From the NCBI GenBank assembly GCA_950079155.1, contig CATMWH010000008.1, forward strand, positions 20,779 to 84,778: a stretch of 64,000 bases of DNA. The letters are read 5' to 3'. The notes beneath the pieces were generated by a model. It was not told where the DNA came from, searched no databases, and was given only the letters and a program-made list of their open reading frames with translations. Position numbers and translations under genes: made by a program. The DNA comes from an uncultured Christensenella sp. (GTDB lineage: Bacteria > Bacillota > Clostridia > Christensenellales > UBA3700). This document shows positions 34,166-43,302 of the stretch, in pieces. Positions within the stretch are counted from its first letter, which is position 1. Each line of letters opens with the position of its first letter.

Positions 34166-34436
34166 ATCGCAGGTGGCAGATATATATACGCCATTTAGGC
34201 GTGGCTAGTAACAAAGAGTTTTACTCGATATTGTGAAATACCACCCGTTTGACGGGTGGATGGTTATTTCTCGCCAAGAAACAATTTCTTAACTGTGGCG
34301 GAGTGTTCGTTTGTACAAACAAAAAACGTTGTTTTGCCGTTTACTTTTGCGAGAACTGTGCTACAACAGCCACCACGAAAGTCAAAATCACGGAGACTCT
34401 CGAACTGCAAAAGCAGTCGCTTGGTAAGTATGGTAA

Positions 34437-35135
34437 TTAAAACAAGTTTTGTACCCACTCATTTACTATATTTTTATCTTTATCTGCAAGAAAAGCGTGT
34501 TCGCTATTTTGTGATACAGTAAGATAACCGCCATACTTTTCTATAAAATTTTTCATAATTCTTTCGGTTTGCATACTGTCTTTGCTGCCGAAAAGAATTT
34601 GCGTAGGTGTTTTCCATTGTTCAATAGGGTTTTCTTTTACATATCGGTAATAATCCCAAGACAGCGTTTCAATCGGCGTAGAGATTTTTCGTTGCTCTCT
34701 TAATTGTTGTTCGCTTATATTAAACCACACAAACATTTTATTTATTAAATATTCCATATCAATTATAGGCGAGTGAAATATACATTTTTCAAACGCAATG
34801 TTTTTATAAGCGTGTAGAGCGAAATATGCCCCGATGCTACAACCGAATAAAGCAATCTTTTCCCAATTATCTATCGCATATGAATAAATCTTTTGCAAAT
34901 CTTCTATGCCGTGCCATATATCGCAAGGTGCGGTTTCTATTTTTCTATCGCCGTGTTCGGGCAAATCAAAACTCAATGTTTGGTAGCCTTTTTGTTCAGC
35001 AATAAAAGCAAAACTCTTGGCATAGTCTTTACTTTGGCATTTGCCGTGAACATAAATGAAAACCTTTTTGGACGGTTTTCCCCAAACAATAGTAGGTATA
35101 TTTTCGATTTTTAATAACTGTTTTTCCATAAGCAA
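34437..35135 (-). CDS. alpha/beta hydrolase
   Basis: Nucleophile elbow GCSIG, an HG oxyanion motif (YVHGK) and a C-terminal His (SEHAF). Confidence 0.8.
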   Translation of the reverse strand: MLMEKQLLKIENIPTIVWGKPSKKVFIYVHGKCQSKDYAKSFAFIAEQKGYQTLSFDLPEHGDRKIETAPCDIWHGIEDLQKIYSYAIDNWEKIALFGCSIGAYFALHAYKNIAFEKCIFHSPIIDMEYLINKMFVWFNISEQQLREQRKISTPIETLSWDYYRYVKENPIEQWKTPTQILFGSKDSMQTERIMKNFIEKYGGYLTVSQNSEHAFLADKDKNIVNEWVQNLF

Positions 35136-35435
35136 ATTATATTATAATTTTGAGATTTATTCAAGTAAATAAAAACGGCACTCCAAGATTTCTCTTAAAG
35201 TGCCTTGTAGGTCATTTGGTAAGATTGCCGTTTTCATCACGCTTTTGTGTTTGCCACGCCGAAACACTCATATAAAAAGAAAAGTACGAATTCGCTTTGG
35301 CGTGTGTTCGTACAATTCCCTTCTGGCGGAAAGCGTGGGGAACGATAAAAACACATAGATTTTAGTTCAATAATATATACATAGTATATATTAAATATTC
35401 GCAAATTCTAAATTTCAGATGAAAATTTAAGATAT

Positions 35436-36989
35436 CTATGGGATAATTTTAAGAGATATTAGAATTGAAAAGAATGTAGCCAAAAGTGTAATAGCGGTAA
35501 TAATTAATGTTAATCTTACCAATCTTATGTTAGTTGAACTTTCAACTGCTTCTAAATCTTCATCATAGAATTTGTATAATGATTCTATTTGTGATTGAAA
35601 ATCTTCACATTTTTGTTTCGTAATATATAGTTGCAATGAAAATGCATTTGAAAAATCTTTATAATAATTAGTGTCATTAAAGATATTTTCAAATGAATTA
35701 TTGTACCAGTTATTATAAGGGTTTTCAAGTTGTTTTTGATTAGTAGCAATAAGACGTTTATAAATATTTAATGATTTTAAAGTCTTAATTTTTTCTTTTA
35801 ATAACTTACTTGCAGAAAAGTTGTGTCTCATTAGTTTATTAAGTTTTTGTTGATTTTCAATTATAAGTTTTTCAATTATAGGGTTTAATGTTTGGAAAAT
35901 CAAATATTCAGCAAATGGTGAAAAGTAATTATCTAGAGTTGATAATGCGTATGTGTCTTTAATAAAGTTTCGATTGACTACGCATGAGGGAGTGTTGGGT
36001 TTATTCCTATATTTTAAATTGACAATAATATTATGATCTTTGCTTATATCGTAACAATTAGTATAAAAATCTAGTAAAGACAAAACACCTTCACTTTCTA
36101 TTAATAATTTATCTATGTTGTCAAAGATGTATACTCCTAAAGAAGGGGGAGTAATGTTATGTCTATGAAGAAAACATGGAACATATTTGTTGATTTCGTG
36201 AATAAAGTTAAACTTGATTTCTAAAATCAAATCATTTAAAGCTTTCTGTCTATTTAAAGCTGGCATATGATTTTCACTAGCAGACAAAGGTTTATTGTTA
36301 CTTTTTCTATGAAATAATGGTTCATATAGAACTAACGAATTCATAATTGTTTTTAATTCGTTGGTTACATTTTCTTTAAGTTTTAGGCGGTAAGTAATAA
36401 AATAAAATGATTCGCCATATTCTTCAATAATAATATAAACATCTTCTATCCATTTATAAGATAACATTTTATCACTAATGACAAAATATCGCAAATTATG
36501 AGCAGAGTATTTATAGTTGTGATTAGCCATATCATCAAAACAGTTTTTTATTGTAAACTCATCAGCAACACTAAGTAAATGTTGGCATATTTCACTATAT
36601 TCAATCAGCCCTTCACGAAATTTATATATATCCTCTTTTGGAAGTATATCATATACATAAAGATACTTAAACTCTATATCAGATTTTAAATTATCTTTTT
36701 CTAAATATATAGATCTTTCAAATTCATGAGAAAAACACAATTCGCAAAACTCATATCTAACTTTTTTCTTATATTTTTCCAATGATGAGAAAATTGGGTT
36801 TTTTATTTTTCCAAATTGCTTGGTAGTAAATAATTTATGGTTTTCTAATTTTTTAATACGATTATATTGCTTAGTTTTTTTCTTTGTAAAAATCAAATCT
36901 TTTTTTTCATATTGTCGTAATACATAAGGGTTATTATAAGGTGATCTATATTCATTATGTATTGCTTTGTTTTCCATAATTGTCTCCAA
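35436..36989 (-). CDS. hypothetical 517-aa protein with a single C-terminal TM helix
   Basis: Long ORF in visibly AT-richer DNA. The C-terminus is LVRLTLIITAITLLATFFSILISLKII. No motif recognised. Confidence 0.7.
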   Translation of the reverse strand: METIMENKAIHNEYRSPYNNPYVLRQYEKKDLIFTKKKTKQYNRIKKLENHKLFTTKQFGKIKNPIFSSLEKYKKKVRYEFCELCFSHEFERSIYLEKDNLKSDIEFKYLYVYDILPKEDIYKFREGLIEYSEICQHLLSVADEFTIKNCFDDMANHNYKYSAHNLRYFVISDKMLSYKWIEDVYIIIEEYGESFYFITYRLKLKENVTNELKTIMNSLVLYEPLFHRKSNNKPLSASENHMPALNRQKALNDLILEIKFNFIHEINKYVPCFLHRHNITPPSLGVYIFDNIDKLLIESEGVLSLLDFYTNCYDISKDHNIIVNLKYRNKPNTPSCVVNRNFIKDTYALSTLDNYFSPFAEYLIFQTLNPIIEKLIIENQQKLNKLMRHNFSASKLLKEKIKTLKSLNIYKRLIATNQKQLENPYNNWYNNSFENIFNDTNYYKDFSNAFSLQLYITKQKCEDFQSQIESLYKFYDEDLEAVESSTNIRLVRLTLIITAITLLATFFSILISLKIIP

Positions 36990-37044
36990 ATTTCATATTT
37001 AATAAATTATAGCATTTATAACAACATTTAGCAATAGATTATCT

Positions 37045-37094
37045 TAATTATAAAAAAATATAAAACACCCCATAAGCAATCAAACTTATGGGGT
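37045..37094 (-). terminator. rho-independent terminator of the recombinase gene
   Basis: 10-bp stem (37067-37076 / 37085-37094) is followed by a T-run on the minus strand. Confidence 0.7.
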
Positions 37095-37112
37095 ATTTAT
37101 GGAAGAGTAGTA

Positions 37113-38612
37113 CTAAACCTTGACGACGAGATCAACATCTAGCATATTTATAATAAAATCTTTGTCGGCGGTCATAGGAAGTTGGACTTTATCATTATAG
37201 ATAGGCAAATTGAGTTCAGCATCATTTTTGTGTTGAGTGTAGTTACATTTTATTTCAACTTTATCGTCGTATAGTACTATTTGTTTGACAAGCAAGTCAA
37301 TTACGCGTTCGGCTTTATTGTTGAGGGCTTTCTTTACAAAGCCTATAATATCATTACGATCTATCGTCATTCTTTCTTTGGTTTGCTCAAGCAATATCTT
37401 TTCAGACATTTCTTCTTCTTTCTTTTCCAACTCTTGCAAACGGTCTTTGGTAGACGGAGTAAATATTCCCATTTCTATTGCGGACAGTATATTATTTTTT
37501 GCCTTTACAATTTTAGATTGCTCTTGTTTAAGCAAGTTTAATATAGATTGGTCTTGTAGGCGTTTCTCATTTGTTTCAATTATTTTGTCGGCTATTTTAG
37601 CGACAAATTTCTCATCTTGAAAGACTTGCATAATTGCTTGGAAAACAATATCTTCGAGTGGCTCTTTGCGAGTGGATTTTTTCTTGCAATTCTTTTTACC
37701 GCTGTATCTGCCGGAGCAAGCGTAATATCTTTTAACGTTACCCGATTTGGAAGTGCCGGTAATGCCGTTTATAGTACGACCGCAATATCCGCATACTATT
37801 TTCTTATGTAACAAATATACTACGTAGGGGCTACGACTGCCGTACTGATTATTTTTGTTTTTGGCTTGTACTAAATTGAACAGTTCGTCGGGAACGATTT
37901 TGGGATACATATTGGTAAACACTTCGTCGTCGTGCCTATAAATGCCGGCGTACTTTTCATTTTGCAATATGCGGTGCAGAGTATTTTTAGCAAACGGCTT
38001 GCCCCTATTCAAGATACCTTTTTCAGTAAGGTCTTTAATAATATCTTTTACGTAAACGTTTTTAGCGTATTGGTCATAGATATATCTAACGACTTCGGCT
38101 TTATCTTCGTCGATAGCAACTTTCTTACCGTCTTTCTTAAATCCGTATGGAAGGAAGCCACCTGTAAAGTTACCTTTAAGACGAGTTTCATTCATACCGC
38201 GACGTACCTTTTGAGAGAGTTCAGCGGAGTAGTATTCAGCCATACCTTCAAGAAGGCTCTCCAAAATTATACCTTCGGGAGTATCCGGAATGTTTTCCAT
38301 AGCGGAAATAAGTTTGATTCCATTGACTTTCAATGTATGCTTGTTCATAGCAAGTTCGTATTTATTTCTACCGAATCTATCTATCTTGTAAACTAATACA
38401 TAGTCCCACGCTCTTTTGCTACTATCTCTAAGCATACGCTGGAAATCAGTACGTTTATCGTTAGTACCGGTCATTGCTCTGTCAATATAAGTGTCGACAA
38501 TGACGATATTGTTTTGTTCAGCGTATTCATTACACTTTCTTAATTGACCTTCAATGGATTGTTCGGTCTGTCTATCGCTCGAATAACGAGCGTAAATTAC
38601 TGCTGTTTTCAT
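37113..38612 (-). CDS. large serine recombinase (integrase)
   Basis: Resolvase catalytic N-terminus AVIYARYSSDRQ, a recombinase domain, a zinc ribbon CGYCG...YYACSGR and a coiled-coil C-terminus. 499 aa. Confidence 0.9.
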   Translation of the reverse strand: MKTAVIYARYSSDRQTEQSIEGQLRKCNEYAEQNNIVIVDTYIDRAMTGTNDKRTDFQRMLRDSSKRAWDYVLVYKIDRFGRNKYELAMNKHTLKVNGIKLISAMENIPDTPEGIILESLLEGMAEYYSAELSQKVRRGMNETRLKGNFTGGFLPYGFKKDGKKVAIDEDKAEVVRYIYDQYAKNVYVKDIIKDLTEKGILNRGKPFAKNTLHRILQNEKYAGIYRHDDEVFTNMYPKIVPDELFNLVQAKNKNNQYGSRSPYVVYLLHKKIVCGYCGRTINGITGTSKSGNVKRYYACSGRYSGKKNCKKKSTRKEPLEDIVFQAIMQVFQDEKFVAKIADKIIETNEKRLQDQSILNLLKQEQSKIVKAKNNILSAIEMGIFTPSTKDRLQELEKKEEEMSEKILLEQTKERMTIDRNDIIGFVKKALNNKAERVIDLLVKQIVLYDDKVEIKCNYTQHKNDAELNLPIYNDKVQLPMTADKDFIINMLDVDLVVKV

Positions 38613-38797
38613 ATTCTTCTCCTTAAATAGTTAATAACGATTTGAGCATATAATGCTGTTTGCGAATTTGGAATGAACAAATTCGCGAAATGCGGGTAGC
38701 AAGTCCGTATAAAAATTAAACGGACTTGATTTAGATGGACACGAGATGCCAAATGACGGATAATTGTGGATACGGTTTCAACTTGTCTAAACACCAT
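38609..38797 (-). CDS. possible 62-aa ORF coupled to the recombinase gene (doubtful)
   Basis: AAGGAGA RBS, and its stop overlaps the recombinase ATG (ATGA). However, the sequence is full of palindromes and the protein looks unnatural. Confidence 0.3.
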   Translation of the reverse strand: MVFRQVETVSTIIRHLASRVHLNQVRLIFIRTCYPHFANLFIPNSQTALYAQIVINYLRRRI

Positions 38798-39003
38798 AGT
38801 TTCTCCTTTTTTATATTTTTTCGACAAGGGGAAAACATCAGAGAAAGTGGTGGCTGTCAAAGACAAGGAAAAAATATTGTATTGAAATTTATTCGTTGAT
38901 AATCTAAAACGATATTTTTACCCTTTGACAGACAAAACTTGCTCTGATAGCATAGAAAAACGAAAAAAAAAGGGACAAGGAACAACAATAAAAAAACTAC
39001 AAA

Positions 39004-39066
39004 TTGCAAGTCAGTTTAAGTTTTGCATAGATTAAGTACGGAGAAAACGCGGAGTAGTTCATTCAC
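39004..39066 (+). repeat. about 63-nt conserved element, copy 1
   Basis: TTGCAAGTCAGTT...AGTACGG.AAAAC.GC.GA.TAGTTCATTCAC has about three-quarters identity to copy 2. Confidence 0.8.
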
Positions 39067-39119
39067 ATTTGAATAGTTGGCGGATATAGTGTAGATAGTA
39101 AAATAAAGGAGAGAAAGAG

Positions 39120-39299
39120 ATGCAAGAAGTGAAAATAAAAAACAATGCTTTGGGACTAGCAGTGTATATTGAAGAATACCCGGATTTATCTTTAATACCG
39201 AGCGCAGAATTGAATTTGCTTATTACTGACTTGGAGAAGGATGTGGTAGAGTATATGGAAAAGCGAGTTAAACGCAAGAAATACACTAAAAGACAATAG
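39120..39299 (+). CDS. hypothetical 59-aa protein
   Basis: ATG follows AAAGGAGAG. It translates to MQEVKIKNNALGLAVYIEEYPDLSLIPSAELNLLITDLEKDVVEYMEKRVKRKKYTKRQ. I prefer it over the antisense track ORF 39059-39286. Confidence 0.45.
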   Translation: MQEVKIKNNALGLAVYIEEYPDLSLIPSAELNLLITDLEKDVVEYMEKRVKRKKYTKRQ

Positions 39300-39509
39300 A
39301 AATAGGCAAGAAAAAAGATTTAGAATATTTGAAAAACTTATTGATAAATGCGAACAAATGTTCTATAATCTTCGTACGCATAACAAATTAAAGTTGTTTT
39401 ATGGAGTAGAGTACATAGGCTGATTTACTGTGGTATAGGAGTTCCCGACCTAGTCAATGCGGTGAATTAAATCTAAACCGAATGTGCATAAGGGAAGAAG
39501 GAGCATAGT

Positions 39510-39695
39510 TTGGAAATGTTAAGTACAAAATGTGTATGTGCTAAACGTATCAAATGTCCTGAATGCTTGAATTATATGAATATGGACGAGCAAGCGAACG
39601 GCAGTGCAATAGGTAGATGTTCGAATTGTCAATCGCTCATTATATTCAAGCAACATTCGGAGAAAGAGCGACGAATACGAATAGTAAAAAAATAA
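39510..39695 (+). CDS. zinc-ribbon small protein
   Basis: CPEC...CSNC pattern with a basic C-terminus. RBS GAAGGAG lies 6 nt before TTG 39510; ATG 39516 is an alternative start. Confidence 0.55.
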   Translation: MEMLSTKCVCAKRIKCPECLNYMNMDEQANGSAIGRCSNCQSLIIFKQHSEKERRIRIVKK

Positions 39696-39818
39696 GAGTA
39701 ACAAGCAATTAAATATGACGTTTATGTTGCACAATTAAGGTCGGGCTGAAACAGTGTCTTAATAAAACCTTGTTCAATACAGCATAGATAAGGTTCGTGT
39801 CAAAGGTATGAGAAATTT

Positions 39819-39877
39819 ATAGCCTCTACGGACAGGTAAACCACATAGGGTTTCTGTCGGTAGTGGCTATTTTTATT
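39819..39877 (+). terminator. rho-independent terminator
   Basis: ATAGCCTCTACGGACAG/CTGTCGGTAGTGGCTAT long stem followed by TTTTTATT. Confidence 0.7.
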
Positions 39878-39912
39878 GACGGAAATCCAAAGCAGTAAAA
39901 AGGAGATTTATT

Positions 39913-40212
39913 ATGATAACGTTAAATGAAATAAGAGCAGATTTGAGAGATATAAAGTATTACTATGCAAGGAGAAAAATGTTTGACCAAACGTCAAATG
40001 TAGTTGGTAGGAACATAATAATGGAGAAGGTGGAATTATACAATGCTTGCGTATGTTCAGCGCCACCGAGATTATATGACATATATGTATCATTGTATCT
40101 AAATAATCATACGCAAGAGTCTTTATCAGAGAATATAGGATACACGGTAGAATATATATCCAAGTTGAACGGACAGTTAATAAGGTTTTTGCAAAAGAAT
40201 TTGAATAAGTAA
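39913..40212 (+). CDS. sigma-70 region-4-like HTH regulator
   Basis: LYDIYVSLYLNNHTQESLSENIGYTVEYISKLNGQLIRFL resembles the region-4 HTH of small phage and ICE sigma-like regulators. Confidence 0.55.
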   Translation: MITLNEIRADLRDIKYYYARRKMFDQTSNVVGRNIIMEKVELYNACVCSAPPRLYDIYVSLYLNNHTQESLSENIGYTVEYISKLNGQLIRFLQKNLNK

Positions 40213-40278
40213 GAGCAAATGGGATCGACAATAGTCGGTCCTATTTTTAATTAACTTTTAGTAAGTAAGAGTTGTTTA

Positions 40279-40342
40279 TTTGCAAGTCAGTTCAAATTTA
40301 TTGCGAAATGAGTACGGCAAAACCGCAGGATAGTTCATTCAC
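40279..40342 (+). repeat. about 63-nt conserved element, copy 2
   Basis: See copy 1 at 39004-39066. Confidence 0.8.
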
Positions 40343-40574
40343 TTTTGCAAAATTCAAACCTATAATCAAGTCGTAATCGAGAGCAAGAGAAAGCAAAGCG
40401 AGATAAATGCGTGAGAAAATCGTAAAGGTGGCCGCCTACGCAAAATCGCAGGGAACAGAGTGTCCAAATAAGAGTTGTCAGTGATTACAAAATACAACTT
40501 AATATCAAACCTAAACGCTGGGTCAACGGCAGTACGGACAAACAAGACAAATAAAAATCAAAAGGAGAGACGTA

Positions 40575-40871
40575 ATGGCAGATTACAACAAAGAAAGAAG
40601 ATGGTTTATGCCAAACAAGCGCGCGGCGAATTATGCCGAAGAGAGAAAAGCAAAAGTGCATACGCACGGAAGCAAGGAAGGAAAAGAACTTACCGAATAT
40701 GAGAAGGGATTGAGGTCGGGCTACTTGCAGTGTCAAAGCGACCACGCGGGACTTTTCCGTTTTAAGCAAGCAATGGATGCTTTTGGGGATAAAGATTACG
40801 CAAGGCAATTCTCAAGAGAGAAAGGCACAAAACTTAAAAAGAAAGATAAGAAAGACAACAAGGGGGCATAA
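40575..40871 (+). CDS. hypothetical basic protein
   Basis: ATG follows AAAGGAGAG. 98 aa with a K-rich C-terminus. Confidence 0.6.
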   Translation: MADYNKERRWFMPNKRAANYAEERKAKVHTHGSKEGKELTEYEKGLRSGYLQCQSDHAGLFRFKQAMDAFGDKDYARQFSREKGTKLKKKDKKDNKGA

Positions 40872-40876
40872 GAAAA

Positions 40877-41236
40877 ATGGCAGAGAAAGAAAAAGCAATC
40901 AAGGTAGAAAGAGAGACTTTCGAGTACAAGGGCAAATCGTGTTATGAGTATTACATAAGCGGCGTAGTAAGAGGCAGAGAAGTGAAGATAAAACTTGCTC
41001 CGCCCAACGCAAACGACAGAGGCGGATATACGGTCTTGGATATCGTGTTTGGCAACGAGTCGCAAGCAGATTTCGTAGTTGAGCCATACGAGTTTGAGGA
41101 CGCAAGCGGAAAGAAGATTTCTGGCAACAGATTTCTTGTTCGCACAGTGGATGAAGAAAGCGGAGAGACCTTTGAGAGCGCAATAAAGCCGGCGCGTAAT
41201 TCGGACAAGACCTTGCTTGCAATGCTTATGCGTTAA
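40877..41236 (+). CDS. hypothetical protein (possible phage ssDNA-binding protein, by position only)
   Basis: 119 aa, beta-rich in appearance. It precedes the small hydrophobic ORF, as gene V precedes the coat genes in inoviruses. Confidence 0.55.
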   Translation: MAEKEKAIKVERETFEYKGKSCYEYYISGVVRGREVKIKLAPPNANDRGGYTVLDIVFGNESQADFVVEPYEFEDASGKKISGNRFLVRTVDEESGETFESAIKPARNSDKTLLAMLMR

Positions 41237-41251
41237 AGGAGAGACGTTCCT

Positions 41252-41413
41252 ATGAAGAAGATAGTTTTAATAATACTTGTAATAGCAACGGTAATTTTGG
41301 TCGGGACGTGGCCGTTATCTATACTCGCAAAATTGATGGATTGGATAGCATACGGCTTACGCTTCCTTGCCAAAACGTTAGATTTCTTCGGGTGGAACGG
41401 CTTGCTGAAATAA
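41252..41413 (+). CDS. 53-aa hydrophobic protein, candidate filamentous-phage coat protein
   Basis: ATG follows AAAGGAGAG. It translates to MKKIVLIILVIATVILVGTWPLSILAKLMDWIAYGLRFLAKTLDFFGWNGLLK. It is too short for the ORF track. Confidence 0.5.
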   Translation: MKKIVLIILVIATVILVGTWPLSILAKLMDWIAYGLRFLAKTLDFFGWNGLLK

Positions 41414-41466
41414 CAATGGGGCGTCGTTTATACGGCGCCCTTAATTTATGCAAAAAGGAGAACTAT

Positions 41467-42768
41467 ATGAAAGTATTAAAAACAATAGGTAACTGTTGCT
41501 TGGTGTTTTTAACGGTGTTGAGTATATGCGTAATCATTGCTTTCGTGTACTACCATTTCTTCGTAAAAGATACAACTATTGGGGTAAACAACGTCAATGA
41601 TCAACTTGCGTTAGACGTAAAGAAAGCCGATGAGTTGACGGAAGAAGAGAAGGACGAATTTGAAGAGCGGTGGTTTATGGAAGCGAGTTACTACTCAAAC
41701 GCCAAGAACAACGGAGTGCAGTTGCAAGAACTGAAATACAACTATTTCACCGGCTACAATCTGACGAGCGATCAATACCGCTCAACAGGAATGCAGTATA
41801 TGGGAGATTTCAATACGTATAGTAGTGAAGTCAATAGCAAAGACGAAGCGCAGAACAGAGTTTTGAGCGAATTCTATTACTACGATACGACCAACGGCAT
41901 AACGTGGAGCGGATTCAAAGGACAGTACGGAAGCGTATCTACGACTCTCAATAGAGAACAGCAGTTCATTATAAAGATAGACGACAGACCGTTTTCAATT
42001 CAACTTACAGGCAAGTATGACGTACACGGCAAGTTCTTGTTTATAAAGTACAAGAAAGGCACAGTTTACTTTGATTACGGTGACGTGTTTGATTGCGTGT
42101 TTACGGCAATTAAGTCCAACGACAAAGGCTACGGAGATTACTATATAACGCTTGATCTATCTCAGTATTTCACAATAAAGGAGTATGACACAGCGACAAA
42201 GAAATTCAAGGCAGACGACGTAACGGACGTTATAAAGAACTACGCCGTATTGAAATTCCATTATGACGAGAACGGAGCAAGAAACAGTACGCAATCTTTG
42301 TTTGGCTCAATTGCTTGCAATCCAAGTTACGATACTGAGCAAGACAAGATAGACACGACGTATTGGCAAGAGCGTATGACTTACAATCTTGACGAGAACA
42401 GCAAGTTGAACGGCAAGGAATTGTTTGCTTACAGATACAGCGAAGTATACGGTGGATATTTCCTTTCGCTTACTATGGACGCTAAAAAACTGTTTGCGGA
42501 AATGCCGAGAGTAAAGGTCAACGTAATGCTGGACTTGGATTCAGAGTATTTTTCTACAAACGGAATCAATGTAGTCGGTTTGGACTACAACGCTTTTGAG
42601 GGAGTGGAGTTAGACACCTTTACTGTTAAGGGCAAAGATAAGACTTTGTATCTTTTGGAGAAGTCTATGAGCGATACAAATCTTCAAGTATTAAAGCGGA
42701 ATTTCAGTATTAAGTTGGAGATTGCAAACGGCGCATTAAACAGCGAATATCGGGAGGTGTTTATATGA
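41467..42768 (+). CDS. membrane-anchored hypothetical protein
   Basis: ATG 41467 follows AAGGAGAA. N-terminal TM GNCCLVFLTVLSICVIIAFVYY. The track start at 41308 overlaps the coat-like ORF. Confidence 0.7.
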   Translation: MKVLKTIGNCCLVFLTVLSICVIIAFVYYHFFVKDTTIGVNNVNDQLALDVKKADELTEEEKDEFEERWFMEASYYSNAKNNGVQLQELKYNYFTGYNLTSDQYRSTGMQYMGDFNTYSSEVNSKDEAQNRVLSEFYYYDTTNGITWSGFKGQYGSVSTTLNREQQFIIKIDDRPFSIQLTGKYDVHGKFLFIKYKKGTVYFDYGDVFDCVFTAIKSNDKGYGDYYITLDLSQYFTIKEYDTATKKFKADDVTDVIKNYAVLKFHYDENGARNSTQSLFGSIACNPSYDTEQDKIDTTYWQERMTYNLDENSKLNGKELFAYRYSEVYGGYFLSLTMDAKKLFAEMPRVKVNVMLDLDSEYFSTNGINVVGLDYNAFEGVELDTFTVKGKDKTLYLLEKSMSDTNLQVLKRNFSIKLEIANGALNSEYREVFI

Positions 42769-43292
42769 AAAATACAGTAACGTTAATCGTATTCTATCTG
42801 TTGTGTTTCGTAATAATCGTCGGCGGAGTATTTTGCGGTATAAGGCTATACAAAGAGGTCAAGGCGGAGAGTTATATAAACGGAAGCATAGACATAAGCA
42901 ACCGTTTCTCGCAAGAGAGTTTCAATTATTCGTCAACGAGCGTAGTGTTTTACCACGATTTATACGACGATACACAGACGTATACGTTTGAGAAAGAATT
43001 GTTGAAAGTAGACGACTTTGACGGCAATAAAAAGAGTTACCAAGTGGTGCTGAACGACTATGTATTGCTTAATTGCGAAATAAACGCAGGCTCGGTATTT
43101 GCGATGGTGGATATGGACTTTTACAATACCGAAGGCAAGGTAGTGAACAGCGCGAGTATGAAAATATCCGTCAAATTTTTGAGCGGAAATACGCAATTAA
43201 CGCTCGCAACAACCGGAAAGGAAAACGCGTCATTCTTAGAGCAATATTTTAAGGATAACGGAATTCGGTTGCAGATAATAGAAATCTTATAA
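42765..43292 (+). CDS. membrane-anchored hypothetical protein
   Basis: ATGA overlap with the upstream gene, and an N-terminal TM. Confidence 0.7.
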   Translation: MKNTVTLIVFYLLCFVIIVGGVFCGIRLYKEVKAESYINGSIDISNRFSQESFNYSSTSVVFYHDLYDDTQTYTFEKELLKVDDFDGNKKSYQVVLNDYVLLNCEINAGSVFAMVDMDFYNTEGKVVNSASMKISVKFLSGNTQLTLATTGKENASFLEQYFKDNGIRLQIIEIL

Positions 43293-43302
43293 GGAGAGAA
43301 AA

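Noticed and set aside
33798-34214. 138-aa minus-strand ORF
   Set aside because: It lies antisense to the recognisable IS200 tnpA remnant, and its composition looks like a frame artefact.
39059-39286. 75-aa minus-strand ORF
   Set aside because: It has no RBS. The plus strand carries a 59-aa ORF with a strong RBS in the same orientation as the rest of the phage-like module.
40475-40808. ORFs 40475-40702 (+) and 40485-40808 (-)
   Set aside because: They overlap the RBS-preceded 40575-40871 gene in other frames, and their highly basic, odd compositions are typical of off-frame translation.
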